Source: Chloroflexota bacterium
GTDB lineage: Bacteria > Chloroflexota > Dehalococcoidia > UBA2979
NCBI GenBank assembly: GCA_947472995.1
Contig: CANJBO010000003.1
Location: forward strand, 22,917-86,916
Reading direction: 5' to 3'
DNA length: 64,000 nucleotides
The notes under the pieces were generated by a model that saw only the letters and a list, made by a program, of their open reading frames with translations, had not been told where the DNA came from and ran no database searches. Shown here piece after piece: positions 1 through 9,283 of the stretch. The stretch's first letter is position 1; every line of letters starts with the position of its first letter. The position numbers were made by a program, and so were the translations under genes.

Positions 1-1069
1 GCGCCTGCACGTAGTCCGCGCCGCTGAAGAGGACGCCGCGGGCGAGCACCTGCGAGGTGAACTTGCCGTAGGTGTCGAACATCGATCCGAGGTCGGGGCG
101 GTGGTAGGCCGCCGCCTCCGACACCATGATGATCGTGTTCGCGTCCTTCGCCTCGGCGGCGTAGGGGATCATGACGTTCACGATCACGGCGCCCGCGGCC
201 TTCAGGATCTCGACAGACTTCAGCACGCCCGCCTTCACCTCGGCGTCCAGCTCCGGGACGTCGAAGAAGTAGGTCGTCGGGATGCCGATGCGGACGCCCG
301 CCACGCTGCCGTTCAGCGCCGCCACGTAGTCCGGGACGGGGACGTCCACGGAGCACGGGTCCTGCGGGTCGTAGCCGGCGATCGCCTGCAGGATGACCGC
401 GCAGTCGTACGCGCTGCGGGCCATCGGGTTGATGCCGTCCAGGCTGTAGCCCAGCGGCACGCAGCCGAACTTCGACACACGCCCGAACGTCTGCTTGATG
501 CCGCTGTGGCCGTTGAACGACGACGGGCCGCGCGTCGATCCGCCCGTGTCCGTGCCGAGGCCGCCGAGCACGAGGCCCGCCGCGACGGCGATGCCGGTGC
601 CGGACGAGGAGCCGGAGGCGCTGCGCTCCAGGTCCCAGGGGTTCTGGGGCATCGGGAACGGCTTGCTGGCGTCCGGCTGGCCGATCGCGAACTCGTTGAG
701 GACGAGCTTGCCGGTGATCGCGGCGCCCGCGGCGCGGAGCTTCGAGACGACGGTGGCGTCGTAGCCGGCGCCCCACGCGGGGTCGAGGACGAGGCCGTTG
801 GCCGTCGTCGGCGCGTCGGCGGTGGCGATGATGTCCTTCACGGCCATCGGGATGCCCATCAGCGGGCCGGTGTCGACGCCGCCGGCGAGGTTCGCGTCGG
901 CCGCGGCGGCGGCGCTCATCGCGCCGTCCTCGATAAAGGTGATGAACGCGCCGAGGGTGGGGTTGAGCTCCTTCGCCTTGCGGATGAACCCGGCGGTGAG
1001 CTCGGCGCTGCTGTACTCGCCGCTGCGCAGGCCGGCTGCGGCGTCCTTGATCGTGAGAGGCAGATCCAT
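1..1069 (-). CDS. amidase-signature family amidase (GatA-like); 3' end lies beyond the left window edge
   Basis: My own minus-strand translation from ATG 1069 reads MDLPLTIKDAAAGLRSGEYSSAELTAGFIRKAKELNPTLGAFI...GIPMAVKDII...ERSASGSSSGTGIAVAAG...GTDTGGSTRGPSSFNGHSGIKQTFGRVS. This is the Gly/Ser-rich amidase signature. It is absent from the ORF track because it has no stop inside the window. Track ORFs 101..1105(+) and 798..2684(+) are its antisense shadows. Confidence 0.85.
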   Translation of the reverse strand, partial: MDLPLTIKDAAAGLRSGEYSSAELTAGFIRKAKELNPTLGAFITFIEDGAMSAAAAADANLAGGVDTGPLMGIPMAVKDIIATADAPTTANGLVLDPAWGAGYDATVVSKLRAAGAAITGKLVLNEFAIGQPDASKPFPMPQNPWDLERSASGSSSGTGIAVAAGLVLGGLGTDTGGSTRGPSSFNGHSGIKQTFGRVSKFGCVPLGYSLDGINPMARSAYDCAVILQAIAGYDPQDPCSVDVPVPDYVAALNGSVAGVRIGIPTTYFFDVPELDAEVKAGVLKSVEILKAAGAVIVNVMIPYAAEAKDANTIIMVSEAAAYHRPDLGSMFDTYGKFTSQVLARGVLFSGADYVQA

Positions 1070-1166
1070 CGTGACGTTCCCGTCGCTAGGCGGAGGCTGG
1101 GGTGAGGATCGAGGTGCGGCGGCGGCGTCGAGGCGGCAGGTGCCTCGACGCCCGGCACGCCGAGGG

Positions 1167-1358
1167 CTAGCTCGCCGAGTAGATGACGGCGGGCTGCTCG
1201 TAGCGGATCTCGGGGATCGTGTAGAGGCGGTCCGCCGCGGCCCGGAGGGTCGGGTAGGCCTTCACGAAGATGTCGACCTGCTCGTCGGTGAGCGTGGTCA
1301 TCTGGGCGGCAGTGAGGAGCGCCTTCACGGAGGTCTCGGCGTCGGTGGCGTAGGCCAT
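1167..1358 (-). CDS. small GatC/AtzG-like (DUF4089-type) protein, probable partner of the downstream amidase
   Basis: 63 codons: MAYATDAETSVKALLTAAQMTTLTDEQVDIFVKAYPTLRAAADRLYTIPEIRYEQPAVIYSAS. An AAAGGAA Shine-Dalgarno sits 6 nt upstream of ATG 1358 (the track starts at GTG 1385). GC3 is high. It lies on the same strand about 100 nt upstream of the amidase. Size and the hydrophobic C-terminal tail resemble GatC/AtzG helpers. Family assignment is by eye only. Confidence 0.5.
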   Translation of the reverse strand: MAYATDAETSVKALLTAAQMTTLTDEQVDIFVKAYPTLRAAADRLYTIPEIRYEQPAVIYSAS

Positions 1359-1421
1359 GTCAGTTCCTTTCACGCACCGGGCCACGCCTCCGCTGGAGAC
1401 GTGGCCCGGGCGACTCGTTGC

Positions 1422-3092
1422 TTAGCTCTTCATCCAGACGGAGCGGAAGTCGCCCCACCAGGACTGCGGCTGGACCCAGCCCCGGACCTTCGGGGACAGC
1501 ACCCGGAGGTTCAGGTCGTGCACGACCGGGACCAGGGGCACGTCGTTCGTCAGGGCGAGGTCCGCCTTCTGGAGGATCACCGCCTGCTTGGCCGGGTCGA
1601 ACTCCAGCGCGCCGGCGGCGATGGCGTCGTCGAACGCCTTGCCGTTGTAGCCGGTCGGGTTGCAGCAGCCGCCGTTCTTCGGGATGCGCTCCGAGAGGAA
1701 GCTACCGAAGGCGCCCAGCGGAGCCTGCGTGTTCGGCGAGAAGAAGAACGCGTCGTACTGCGCATAGTCCGGCGCGTAGAGGCCGGCGCGGCTCAGCGAG
1801 AGGATCGTGTTCCACTCCAGCGGGACCAGGCTGACATCGATCTGGATGCCCTTCATGTCCTGCTGGAACTTCTCCATCATCGGACCCGGCCACATGTTGC
1901 CGGAGCCGCTGGTCGGGTAGGCGATGGTCAGCTTCAGCGGCAGGCTCACGCCGGACTCGGCCAGCAGCGCCTTCGCCTTCGCCAAGTCGAACTTGTAACC
2001 GGGGTTCGTGGTGTCTCGCCACGAGTTGCCCTCGTACATCAGGTGCGTGGCGGGCTTCGCCGCGCCGGACAGGATGGAGACCATGCCGTCACGGTCGATG
2101 CCGTAGGCGATCGCCTGGCGGACCTTCACGTCATCGAAGGGCTTCTTCGCGACGTTGAAGCCGTAGTAGATCGCGTGCGGGTACTGCTTCAGCAGGACGT
2201 TGTAGCCCGCGGCCTTCAGCTGCTCGATCGAGTCGGGCGGCGTGACCTCGGCCCAGTCCACCTGGCCGGCCTGCAACGCGGCGAGGCGCGCGGCGGGCTC
2301 GGGCATCGGGAAGAGGACCAGCTTGTCCAGCTTGGCCTTCTCGCGCCAGTAGCCGTCGAACGGCACCAGCTCCATGACCTGGCCGTCCACGTACTTGGTG
2401 ATCTTGAAGGCGCCCGTGCCGGACGCGTGCTGCGGGTAGTCCTTGTTGCCCCACTGCTTGACCGCGGCCGGGCTCGGGATGTTGATCGAGACGAGGTCGT
2501 AGACGAGGTACGCCCACGGCTTCTTGGTGACGATGTCGACCGTGAAGTCGTCGACCTTCTTGTAGGACGCGATCTGCTGGAAATTGCTCGCGCCCGCCGC
2601 GGCCTGCGCCGCCGCGTAGAACTCGGAGTCCTTCTTCATCACCCGGTCGAGGGCGAAGACGACCGCGTCGGCGTTGAACGCTGAGCCGTCGTGGAACTTC
2701 ACGCCCTGGCGCAGCTTGAACGTCCACGTCAGGTTGTCCGTGGAGCGCGTCCACGAGGTCGCGAGGCCGGGGCCGGGGACCGGGACGCTGTCGCCCTGCT
2801 CCGTGTTGCCCAGCAGCAGCGTGTCGTAGATGTTCGAGCCCACGAAGCGCTTGCCCTCGCCGCCCTCGGTGAGGAACTGGTCGGGGATCGGGACATTGCC
2901 CGCGGTCATGGCGATGCGGAGCGTCCCGCCCCGGCCAGTGGCATCGGTCGCGGCGTTCTTGTCGCCGCTCTCCGCCTGCGAGCCGCCGCCCGACGGGTTG
3001 GTGGTCTGCGCGCTGCTGCACGCCATGCTGACCGCGGTCAGCACTGCCAGCGTGAGCGGTGCGATGCGTCGAAGCCAGGGTCTGTGTCGCAC
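1422..3092 (-). CDS. ABC transporter substrate-binding lipoprotein, family 5 (peptide/nickel/opine type)
   Basis: Track ORF 1422..3311 trimmed to GTG 3092, which has a GGAAGAGAGG SD upstream. This gives VRHRPWLRRIAPLTLAVLTAVSMACSS (signal peptide plus lipobox Cys). The body, e.g. LTWTFKLRQGVKFHDGSAFNADAVVFALDR, is typical of SBP_bac_5. Confidence 0.85.
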   Translation of the reverse strand: MRHRPWLRRIAPLTLAVLTAVSMACSSAQTTNPSGGGSQAESGDKNAATDATGRGGTLRIAMTAGNVPIPDQFLTEGGEGKRFVGSNIYDTLLLGNTEQGDSVPVPGPGLATSWTRSTDNLTWTFKLRQGVKFHDGSAFNADAVVFALDRVMKKDSEFYAAAQAAAGASNFQQIASYKKVDDFTVDIVTKKPWAYLVYDLVSINIPSPAAVKQWGNKDYPQHASGTGAFKITKYVDGQVMELVPFDGYWREKAKLDKLVLFPMPEPAARLAALQAGQVDWAEVTPPDSIEQLKAAGYNVLLKQYPHAIYYGFNVAKKPFDDVKVRQAIAYGIDRDGMVSILSGAAKPATHLMYEGNSWRDTTNPGYKFDLAKAKALLAESGVSLPLKLTIAYPTSGSGNMWPGPMMEKFQQDMKGIQIDVSLVPLEWNTILSLSRAGLYAPDYAQYDAFFFSPNTQAPLGAFGSFLSERIPKNGGCCNPTGYNGKAFDDAIAAGALEFDPAKQAVILQKADLALTNDVPLVPVVHDLNLRVLSPKVRGWVQPQSWWGDFRSVWMKS

Positions 3093-3552
3093 GAGTCCGT
3101 CCTCTCTTCCCTCTGTCCCGCCGATGGGGCGGATGTCTGCGACGTCGCGTCTCGTGCACCGGGGTGACGAGGCGCGCCGCGTTTCCGTGAGTTGCAGAGT
3201 CGCGGGATCGCATTTCGTCTGCGTGCCACGTCGATGAACTCTCAGCGAACGAAGCACTGCGCTGGTGTTACAGCGCGACTGCGCGCCGCGATGCGTGGAT
3301 GCGCGCGGCATCGTCGGTGCGATCGAGTGACCGATGACGCGCCTTCGGGCGTCGCGTTGAGCATCGCAACGCTACTTAAGGACGGGGCTCGATGCGGTGT
3401 GCAGTGCGTCTTCGCATGTGTCGCGATTGAAACAACTGCGCAGCGTGCCGGACGCGGTCGCGACACGGGAGTTTCATTCGGGAGTCACGAGGCCGTCACG
3501 TCGCGCCCGTAGCCTTCGGGCAGTCGAGCAGTGCAGTTCAGGAGGACCGGCG

Positions 3553-4632
3553 ATGGCATTGACCGCCGCACGACCCGCAGCCGAAACCGCAATGGCCCCG
3601 GCCGATGGCCTCGGGCCGGCCGGTGCCGGTGAAAGCGGCCCGCTCCTGCAGGTGCGCGACCTGGTGACGGAGTTCAAGACGCGCGATGGCTGGCTGACGG
3701 CCGTGAACCACGTCTCGTACGAGCTGCACCGCGGCCGCGTCCTCGGCATCCTGGGCGAGTCCGGCTCCGGCAAGAGCGCGATGCTGCGCACGATCCTCGG
3801 CCTGCAGCCGAAGTCGACACGCATCTCCGGCGAAGTGATCCTGCGCGGCCGCGACCTGATCGCGATGACCCCGCGCGAGCGCGAGGATGTGCGCGGCTCG
3901 TGGGTCTCGATGGTGTTCCAGGACCCAATGACGGCGCTCGACCCGGTGTTCACCGTGGAGCAGCAGCTCGTCGAGACGATCCGGCGTCACAGCACGTTGT
4001 CGAAGGCCGCCGCCGCCGAGCGCGCGCTGGAGCTGCTGGAGATGGTGCAGATCCCCTCGCCGGAGCGGCGCCTGAAGGCGTACCCCTTCGAGCTGTCGGG
4101 CGGCATGCGCCAGCGCGTCGTGATCGCGATGGCGCTGGTGTCGAACCCCAGCCTGCTGCTGGCGGACGAGCCGACCACCGCGCTCGACGTCACGGTGCAG
4201 GCGCGCGTGCTCGAACTGTTCCGCGACCTGAAGACGAAGATGGGCATGGGCATCATCTTCGTCACGCACGACCTGGCGGTCGCCGCCGACATCGCGGACG
4301 ACATCGCCGTCATGTACGCGGGCCGCATCGTCGAGTACGGGCGCCTCGAGGACATCGTGCGCAACCCGCAGCATCCGTACACGAAGGGCCTGCTGGAGGC
4401 GAACATCCGCCCCGGCCAGACCGAGCGCCCGGAGGCGATCCCCGGCGCGCCGCCCAACCTCGCGAAGCTGCCGCCGGGCTGCGCTTTCGCGCCGCGCTGC
4501 TCGAAGGTCGAGGCCACGTGCTGGGAGTCGCTCCCCACGCTCGACTCGATCGGCCTGTCGCACGGTGTGCGCTGCTTCGTCGCCACGCGCGAGATCCAGA
4601 ACGCGATGCCTGTTGCAGCGAAAGGCGCCTGA
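3553..4632 (+). CDS. ABC transporter ATP-binding protein (DppD/OppD-like)
   Basis: ATG 3553 follows GGAGGA. Walker A GESGSGKS, signature LSGGMRQR and Walker B LLLADEPTTALD are present, with an oligopeptide-type C-terminal extension (HPYTKGLL...PPGCAFAPRC). Confidence 0.9.
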   Translation: MALTAARPAAETAMAPADGLGPAGAGESGPLLQVRDLVTEFKTRDGWLTAVNHVSYELHRGRVLGILGESGSGKSAMLRTILGLQPKSTRISGEVILRGRDLIAMTPREREDVRGSWVSMVFQDPMTALDPVFTVEQQLVETIRRHSTLSKAAAAERALELLEMVQIPSPERRLKAYPFELSGGMRQRVVIAMALVSNPSLLLADEPTTALDVTVQARVLELFRDLKTKMGMGIIFVTHDLAVAADIADDIAVMYAGRIVEYGRLEDIVRNPQHPYTKGLLEANIRPGQTERPEAIPGAPPNLAKLPPGCAFAPRCSKVEATCWESLPTLDSIGLSHGVRCFVATREIQNAMPVAAKGA

Positions 4633-4634
4633 CG

Positions 4635-5579
4635 ATGATGCCACTGGTGCTGCGCCGTCTCGGGATGGCGCTTCCGACCCTGCTGGGCGTGACGCTGGTG
4701 ATCTGGCTGCTGCTGTCGCTGCTGCCCGGTGACCCGCTGGCGTTCCTGCTCCCTGCCGACGCCACGGCGGTGGACCGCGCGAAGCTCGCGACGGAGCTCG
4801 GCCTCGACCGGCCGCTGCCCGTCCGCTACGTGTACTGGCTGTTCGATGTGATCCGCGGTGAGTTCGGCTTCTCGCCCTTCCGCCACCGCGACATCTCCGA
4901 GCTGATCCAGAACGCGTGGAAGAATACGGCGCTGCTCGCCTCGTTCTCCGCGGTGTTCGGGCTGGTCACCGGCATCACGCTCGGCACGCTGGCCGGCGTG
5001 TACCGCGGCTCGGCCGTCGACCGCTTCGTCACCGGCTTCGCGATCGTCGGGCTGTCGGTGCCGTCGTTCTGGGTGGCGATCCTGCTGCTCATCGTGTTCT
5101 CGGCGCAGCTGCGGCTGCTCCCAGCCGGCGGCCTGTCGAACTGGGCCGAGGGGCCTGGTCACTTCTTCTCGCACCTGGCGATGCCGGTGCTGTCCGGCTC
5201 GATGGTGAGCATCGCGATCACGGCCCGCGTGACGCGCGCGAGCATCGCCGAGACGTTCCGCGCGGAGTTCGTGGACACGCTCCGGGCGAAGGGGCTGCGC
5301 GAGTACCAGGTGCTAATGCACGTCGCGAAGAACGCCGTGTCGCCGGTGCTGACGACCGCTGGCCTGCAGATGGGCTTCCTGCTCGGCGGCTCGGTGCTCA
5401 TCGAGACGATCTTCTCGTGGCCCGGCCTCGGCCAGCTGGTGTTCAACGCGATCGCCGCGCGCGATCTGCGCGTCGTGCAGGCGACCACGGTGCTCATCGC
5501 GGTGACGTTCGTGCTGCTGAACCTGTTCGTCGACGTGCTGCAGATGACGTTCGACCCGCGCCAGAAGCGCGGCGTGTAG
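4635..5579 (+). CDS. ABC transporter permease (DppB/OppB-like)
   Basis: In-frame ATG 4635 lies 2 nt after the upstream stop. Starts MMPLVLRRLGMALPTLLGVTLVIWLLLSLLPGDPL, the typical BPD_transp_1 N-terminus, and has multiple hydrophobic spans. The 5' part of track ORF 3900..5579 is out-of-gene read-through. Confidence 0.9.
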   Translation: MMPLVLRRLGMALPTLLGVTLVIWLLLSLLPGDPLAFLLPADATAVDRAKLATELGLDRPLPVRYVYWLFDVIRGEFGFSPFRHRDISELIQNAWKNTALLASFSAVFGLVTGITLGTLAGVYRGSAVDRFVTGFAIVGLSVPSFWVAILLLIVFSAQLRLLPAGGLSNWAEGPGHFFSHLAMPVLSGSMVSIAITARVTRASIAETFRAEFVDTLRAKGLREYQVLMHVAKNAVSPVLTTAGLQMGFLLGGSVLIETIFSWPGLGQLVFNAIAARDLRVVQATTVLIAVTFVLLNLFVDVLQMTFDPRQKRGV

Positions 5580-5628
5580 CGGCGCCGTCCGCGCGTACCG
5601 AAACAACGAGGATCGAGAGGAGCGCCCC

Positions 5629-6537
5629 GTGGCAATCGCAGAACCCCTGGCCGGGAACGCCGCCGCCGCGTGGCTGGCGTCCGACTCCCCGACGCGCCCC
5701 GAGTCCTACATGCAGGCCGCCCGCCGGCGCTTCATGCACAGCCGCGTCGGCCTCGTCGCGCTGGCAGTGCTGCTGCTGCTGGTCGTGGTGTCGGTGGCGG
5801 CGCCGCTGCTGACGCCGTACGACCCGTCGATCGGCCAGCCGGCCGCCCGCCTGCGGCCGATCGGCTCGCCGGGCCACATCTTCGGCACGGACGAGCAGGG
5901 GCGCGACATGCTGACGCGCATCCTGTACGGCGGCCGCATGTCGCTGATCGCCGGCCTCGCGCCGGTGCTGGTGGCGACGGTCATCGGCACGATCCTCGGA
6001 TCGCTGTCGGGCTTCGTCGGCAAGTGGGTCGCGATGCTCATCATGCGCACGATGGACATGTTCTACGCGTTCCCCGCGGTGCTCCTCGCGATCGCGATCT
6101 CCGCCTCGCTGGGACCGGGCCTCATCAACCAGATCATCGCGCTGTCGATCATCTACATCGCGCCGATCGCGCGTGTCGCCGAGGCAGCCACGCGACGCAT
6201 CGTCGTCGCGGAGTTCATCGAAGCGGCGAAGCTCACGGGCGCGCCGACGTGGAAGATCCTGTTCACGCAGGTGCTCGCGAACATCTTCAGTCCGATCTTC
6301 GTCTACTCGTCGGGCCTCGTGGGCCTCGCGATCGTGACGGCGGCGAGCCTGTCCTTCCTGGGCCTGGGCGTGCGCCCGCCGACACCGGAGTGGGGCTTCA
6401 TGCTCAACGCGCTGCGCGGGACGATCTACGTCAATCCGTGGGTCGCGGCACTGCCCGGGTTCTTCATCTTCGCGACCTCGATCTCGTTCAACATGCTGGC
6501 GGACTCCATCCGCGACTCGCTCGACGTGAAGGAATAG
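5629..6537 (+). CDS. ABC transporter permease (DppC/OppC-like)
   Basis: GTG 5629 follows GAGAGGAG. Contains HIFGTDEQGRDMLTRILYGGRMSL, the hallmark DppC/OppC N-terminal motif, and is polytopic. Confidence 0.9.
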   Translation: MAIAEPLAGNAAAAWLASDSPTRPESYMQAARRRFMHSRVGLVALAVLLLLVVVSVAAPLLTPYDPSIGQPAARLRPIGSPGHIFGTDEQGRDMLTRILYGGRMSLIAGLAPVLVATVIGTILGSLSGFVGKWVAMLIMRTMDMFYAFPAVLLAIAISASLGPGLINQIIALSIIYIAPIARVAEAATRRIVVAEFIEAAKLTGAPTWKILFTQVLANIFSPIFVYSSGLVGLAIVTAASLSFLGLGVRPPTPEWGFMLNALRGTIYVNPWVAALPGFFIFATSISFNMLADSIRDSLDVKE

Positions 6538-6547
6538 GAGGCCTCCG

Positions 6548-7663
6548 ATGACCACCGCTCCAGAACTCGTCCCCGTCCCGACCGAGGACCACGCCGAGAC
6601 GGCGGTGTACCGCCGCCCGCTCCTCGAGGTCGTGAAGGTCAGCAAGAAGTTCCCGGTCCGCGTCGGCCCGCTGAAGCGCGAGTACGTCTCCGCGGTGGAC
6701 TCGCTGTCGTTCAGCGTGGACCACGGCAAGACGCTCGGCATCGTCGGCGAGTCGGGCTGCGGCAAGTCCACGGCGGCGCGCCTGGTCGTCGGCCTGCTGC
6801 CGATCGACGAGGGCGACGTGATCTTCGACGGCGTGAACGTGCGCGGGCCGCGCCAGATGCGCCAGCAGGGGCCGGCGGAGAAGTCGCTGCGCCGGAACAT
6901 GCAGATGGTCTTCCAGGACCCGCACTCCTCGCTCAACCCGCGCTCCTCCGTGGGCGAGATCATCTCGTTCCCGATGAAGGTGCACGGCTTCCCGAAGGAG
7001 GAGCAGCGCGAGCGGACCAGCTGGCTGCTGGAGCAGGTCGGCCTGCACGGCAACCACGCGTCGTACTACCCGCACCAGCTCTCGGGCGGCCAGCGCCAGC
7101 GCGTCAACATCGCGCGCGCACTCGCGCTGTCGCCGAAGCTCGTGGTGTGCGACGAGGCGGTGTCGGCGCTCGACAAGTCCGTGCAGGCGCAGGTGCTGAA
7201 CCTGCTGAAGAACCTGCAGGAGGAGTTCGGCCTCACGTACCTCTTCATCAGCCACGACCTCAACGTCGTTGAGTACATGAGCGACACCGTCTGCGTCATG
7301 TACCTCGGCCAGGCCGTCGAGATCTGCGACTCCGAGGGGCTGTACCACAACCCGCTGCACCCCTACACGCGGGCGCTGCTCGCCTCGACGCCGGTGCTGG
7401 ACGCCGACGCGCCGCGCATCGACGTGCCGCCGCTGGAGGGCGAGCTGCCGAGCCCGCTCAACCCGCCGTCCGGCTGCCGTTTCCGCACGAGGTGCCCCGC
7501 GGCGATGGACGTCTGCGCGGAGATGGCGCCCGTGGTGACGATGCCGGAGCCCGGCCACCGCGTCGCGTGCCACCTCTACCCGGAGACGGCGGAGACCACG
7601 GTCGACCCCGACTTCGCGCTCCGCACGATCGCGGCGCGCGAGCCGGTCGAGGTCGCCGTCTAG
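6548..7663 (+). CDS. ABC transporter ATP-binding protein (DppF/OppF-like)
   Basis: AGGAGG SD. GESGCGKST, LSGGQRQR and LVVCDEAVSALD are present, with a C-terminal HPYTRALL...PSGCRFRTRC oligopeptide-type tail. Confidence 0.9.
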   Translation: MTTAPELVPVPTEDHAETAVYRRPLLEVVKVSKKFPVRVGPLKREYVSAVDSLSFSVDHGKTLGIVGESGCGKSTAARLVVGLLPIDEGDVIFDGVNVRGPRQMRQQGPAEKSLRRNMQMVFQDPHSSLNPRSSVGEIISFPMKVHGFPKEEQRERTSWLLEQVGLHGNHASYYPHQLSGGQRQRVNIARALALSPKLVVCDEAVSALDKSVQAQVLNLLKNLQEEFGLTYLFISHDLNVVEYMSDTVCVMYLGQAVEICDSEGLYHNPLHPYTRALLASTPVLDADAPRIDVPPLEGELPSPLNPPSGCRFRTRCPAAMDVCAEMAPVVTMPEPGHRVACHLYPETAETTVDPDFALRTIAAREPVEVAV

Positions 7664-7780
7664 CTCCTCGTCCATCCGTGACGACGACGCACGCGCCCCC
7701 GCGAGGGGGCGCGTTTCGTCGTGCAGCGGCGCGGCCCGTCGAGCAGCGCATAATGGGGCGCGCCAGACGGGAGGTCATCG

Positions 7781-8812
7781 ATGGACTGGGTGCTGCTCGG
7801 CCTGCGTCTCTCGCTCGCCGCGACGTTCGTGATCGCGGCCGCCTCGAAGGTCGTCGCGCACGCCCGCTTCGTCGAGGCGGTCCGCGCCTTCGGCGTGCCC
7901 GCGCCCCTTGCCCGCCCGGCGGCGATCGTGGTGCCCGCCGCGGAGCTGATCCTCGCGGCGCTTCTCGTCGCGACGGCGTACGCCTCGTGGGGAGCGCTGG
8001 GCGCGATGGCGCTGCTCGGTGTGTTCACCGCCGCCGTGGCCGTGAACCTGCTGCTGGGCCGGCGGCCGGACTGCGGCTGCTTCGGAGAGACCTCGAGCGC
8101 GCCAATCGGCACGGGCACCCTGGTGCGGAACGGCACGATGATCGCCGCCGCCGCGGCGATCTGGCTCGGCGAGCGCGTCGTCGTGCCGGCCGCGGCGCCG
8201 GTCGCGCTGCGCTCGGCCGTGCTGATCGTGGTGGTCGTGGCGATCGCGATCGCGATCGCGCGCCGGCGGTCCGCCGCAGCCTCGACCGAGGTCGCCGCGT
8301 CACCGGCGACCGGCGAGGGAAAGCGCCCGGCGCCCGCGCCGTCCTACCGCCCGCGCGTCATGCCGCCGGGAGGGCTTCCGCCGGGCACGCCGGCGCCGTC
8401 GTTCGCACTCGACGCGCTCGATGGCGGCACGGAGTCGCTCGAGGCGCTGCGCGCGCCGGGGCGCCCGGTGCTGCTGGCGTTCGTCGATCCGCGCTGCGTG
8501 CGCTGCGCCGAGCTGCTGCCGGACCTCGCCGCGTGGCAGCGCGATCGCGTCGCCTCGTTCACGCTCGCGCTGATCACGCGCTACGCCGTCGAGGAGAACC
8601 GCGAGAAGTTCGCGCCGCACGGCGTCGCGCACGTGCTGCTCCAGCGCGACCGCGAGGTGATGGACGCGTACGCCGTGGACGCGACGCCGAGCATGGTGCT
8701 CATCGATGCGAACGGCACCGTCGCGGAGCCGCTCGTGCGGTGGGCGGAGCACATGCACGCACTCGTCGAGCGCATCGCGCCGCTCGATGTGGACGTCGCC
8801 ACGCGCGGCTGA
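7781..8812 (+). CDS. MauE/DoxX-type membrane domain fused to a thioredoxin-fold (TlpA/ResA-like) domain
   Basis: The N-terminal four hydrophobic helices carry RPDCGCFG, the MauE hallmark. A Pro/Ala linker follows, then a C-terminal PAPSFALDALDGG...GRPVLLAFVDPRCVRCAELLP domain with a CxxC motif (CVRC). Confidence 0.75.
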   Translation: MDWVLLGLRLSLAATFVIAAASKVVAHARFVEAVRAFGVPAPLARPAAIVVPAAELILAALLVATAYASWGALGAMALLGVFTAAVAVNLLLGRRPDCGCFGETSSAPIGTGTLVRNGTMIAAAAAIWLGERVVVPAAAPVALRSAVLIVVVVAIAIAIARRRSAAASTEVAASPATGEGKRPAPAPSYRPRVMPPGGLPPGTPAPSFALDALDGGTESLEALRAPGRPVLLAFVDPRCVRCAELLPDLAAWQRDRVASFTLALITRYAVEENREKFAPHGVAHVLLQRDREVMDAYAVDATPSMVLIDANGTVAEPLVRWAEHMHALVERIAPLDVDVATRG

Positions 8813-8924
8813 TCGCTCGCCTGCATCACACATGCATCGTTGCGTTTGCATGCGCGTTGATCGCGCGATGTATGTGCGTGATATCGCGGCATGCGCGCAC
8901 GTAATCAATGCACATGACGATCAT

Positions 8925-9090
8925 GTGGTCGATCACGCGCATGCATCACGTGTGTCGTGCGATCGGCGCGTTGTCGATAACGATGCGCATCGCGGACGAT
9001 CGATGCGATCCCGGATCGCCAGTAAACACAAGGCGAAACGAGTAGTCGATAACGCGGAGAATATTCCGCGCGTGTGGTCGATATCACGCG
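8925..9090. repeat. four direct copies of a GT-N-GTCGAT-NN-C box plus a CGCGGA-N6-TCCGCG palindrome, in a lower-GC 470-bp spacer
   Basis: Boxes read directly: GTGGTCGATCAC (8925), GTTGTCGATAAC (8970), GTAGTCGATAAC (9042), GTGGTCGATATC (9074). The palindrome arms are at 9053..9058 and 9065..9070. The region is visibly richer in A/T and in CGAT/GCAT/ACGCG words than the flanking DNA. Confidence 0.6.
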
Positions 9091-9283
9091 TCGCGACGCA
9101 TCCATCGATCGATCGAACGCGTAGAACGAGGGAGATCGTGCGCAATCACGCACGCACGACCTCGATCGCGTCGTCATTCGCGTTGCGTGCAAAAACACGT
9201 GCACGGATACTCGCAACCAACGTGAGCGACCGGCGACTTCATCGTCACCGGCAGGGGGCTCATCGCAGGAGGGAACTCAAGAC

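Noticed and set aside
101-2684. Long plus-strand ORFs 101..1105 (334 aa) and 798..2684 (628 aa)
   Set aside because: Their translations are Arg/Ala/Gly/Val-rich low-complexity sequence with no recognisable motifs. They lie antisense to a clear amidase, the small partner gene and an SBP_bac_5 gene. These are typical GC-driven shadow ORFs.
8813-9283. Possible replication origin (AT-richer spacer with repeated boxes resembling TGTGG...)
   Set aside because: The boxes (TGTGGTCGA, TTGTCGATA) differ from DnaA-box consensus TTATCCACA/TGTGGATAA at three or more positions. No dnaA, dnaN or other origin-linked genes are nearby, and there is no AT-rich unwinding element of the usual kind. I kept it as a regulatory-repeat finding instead.
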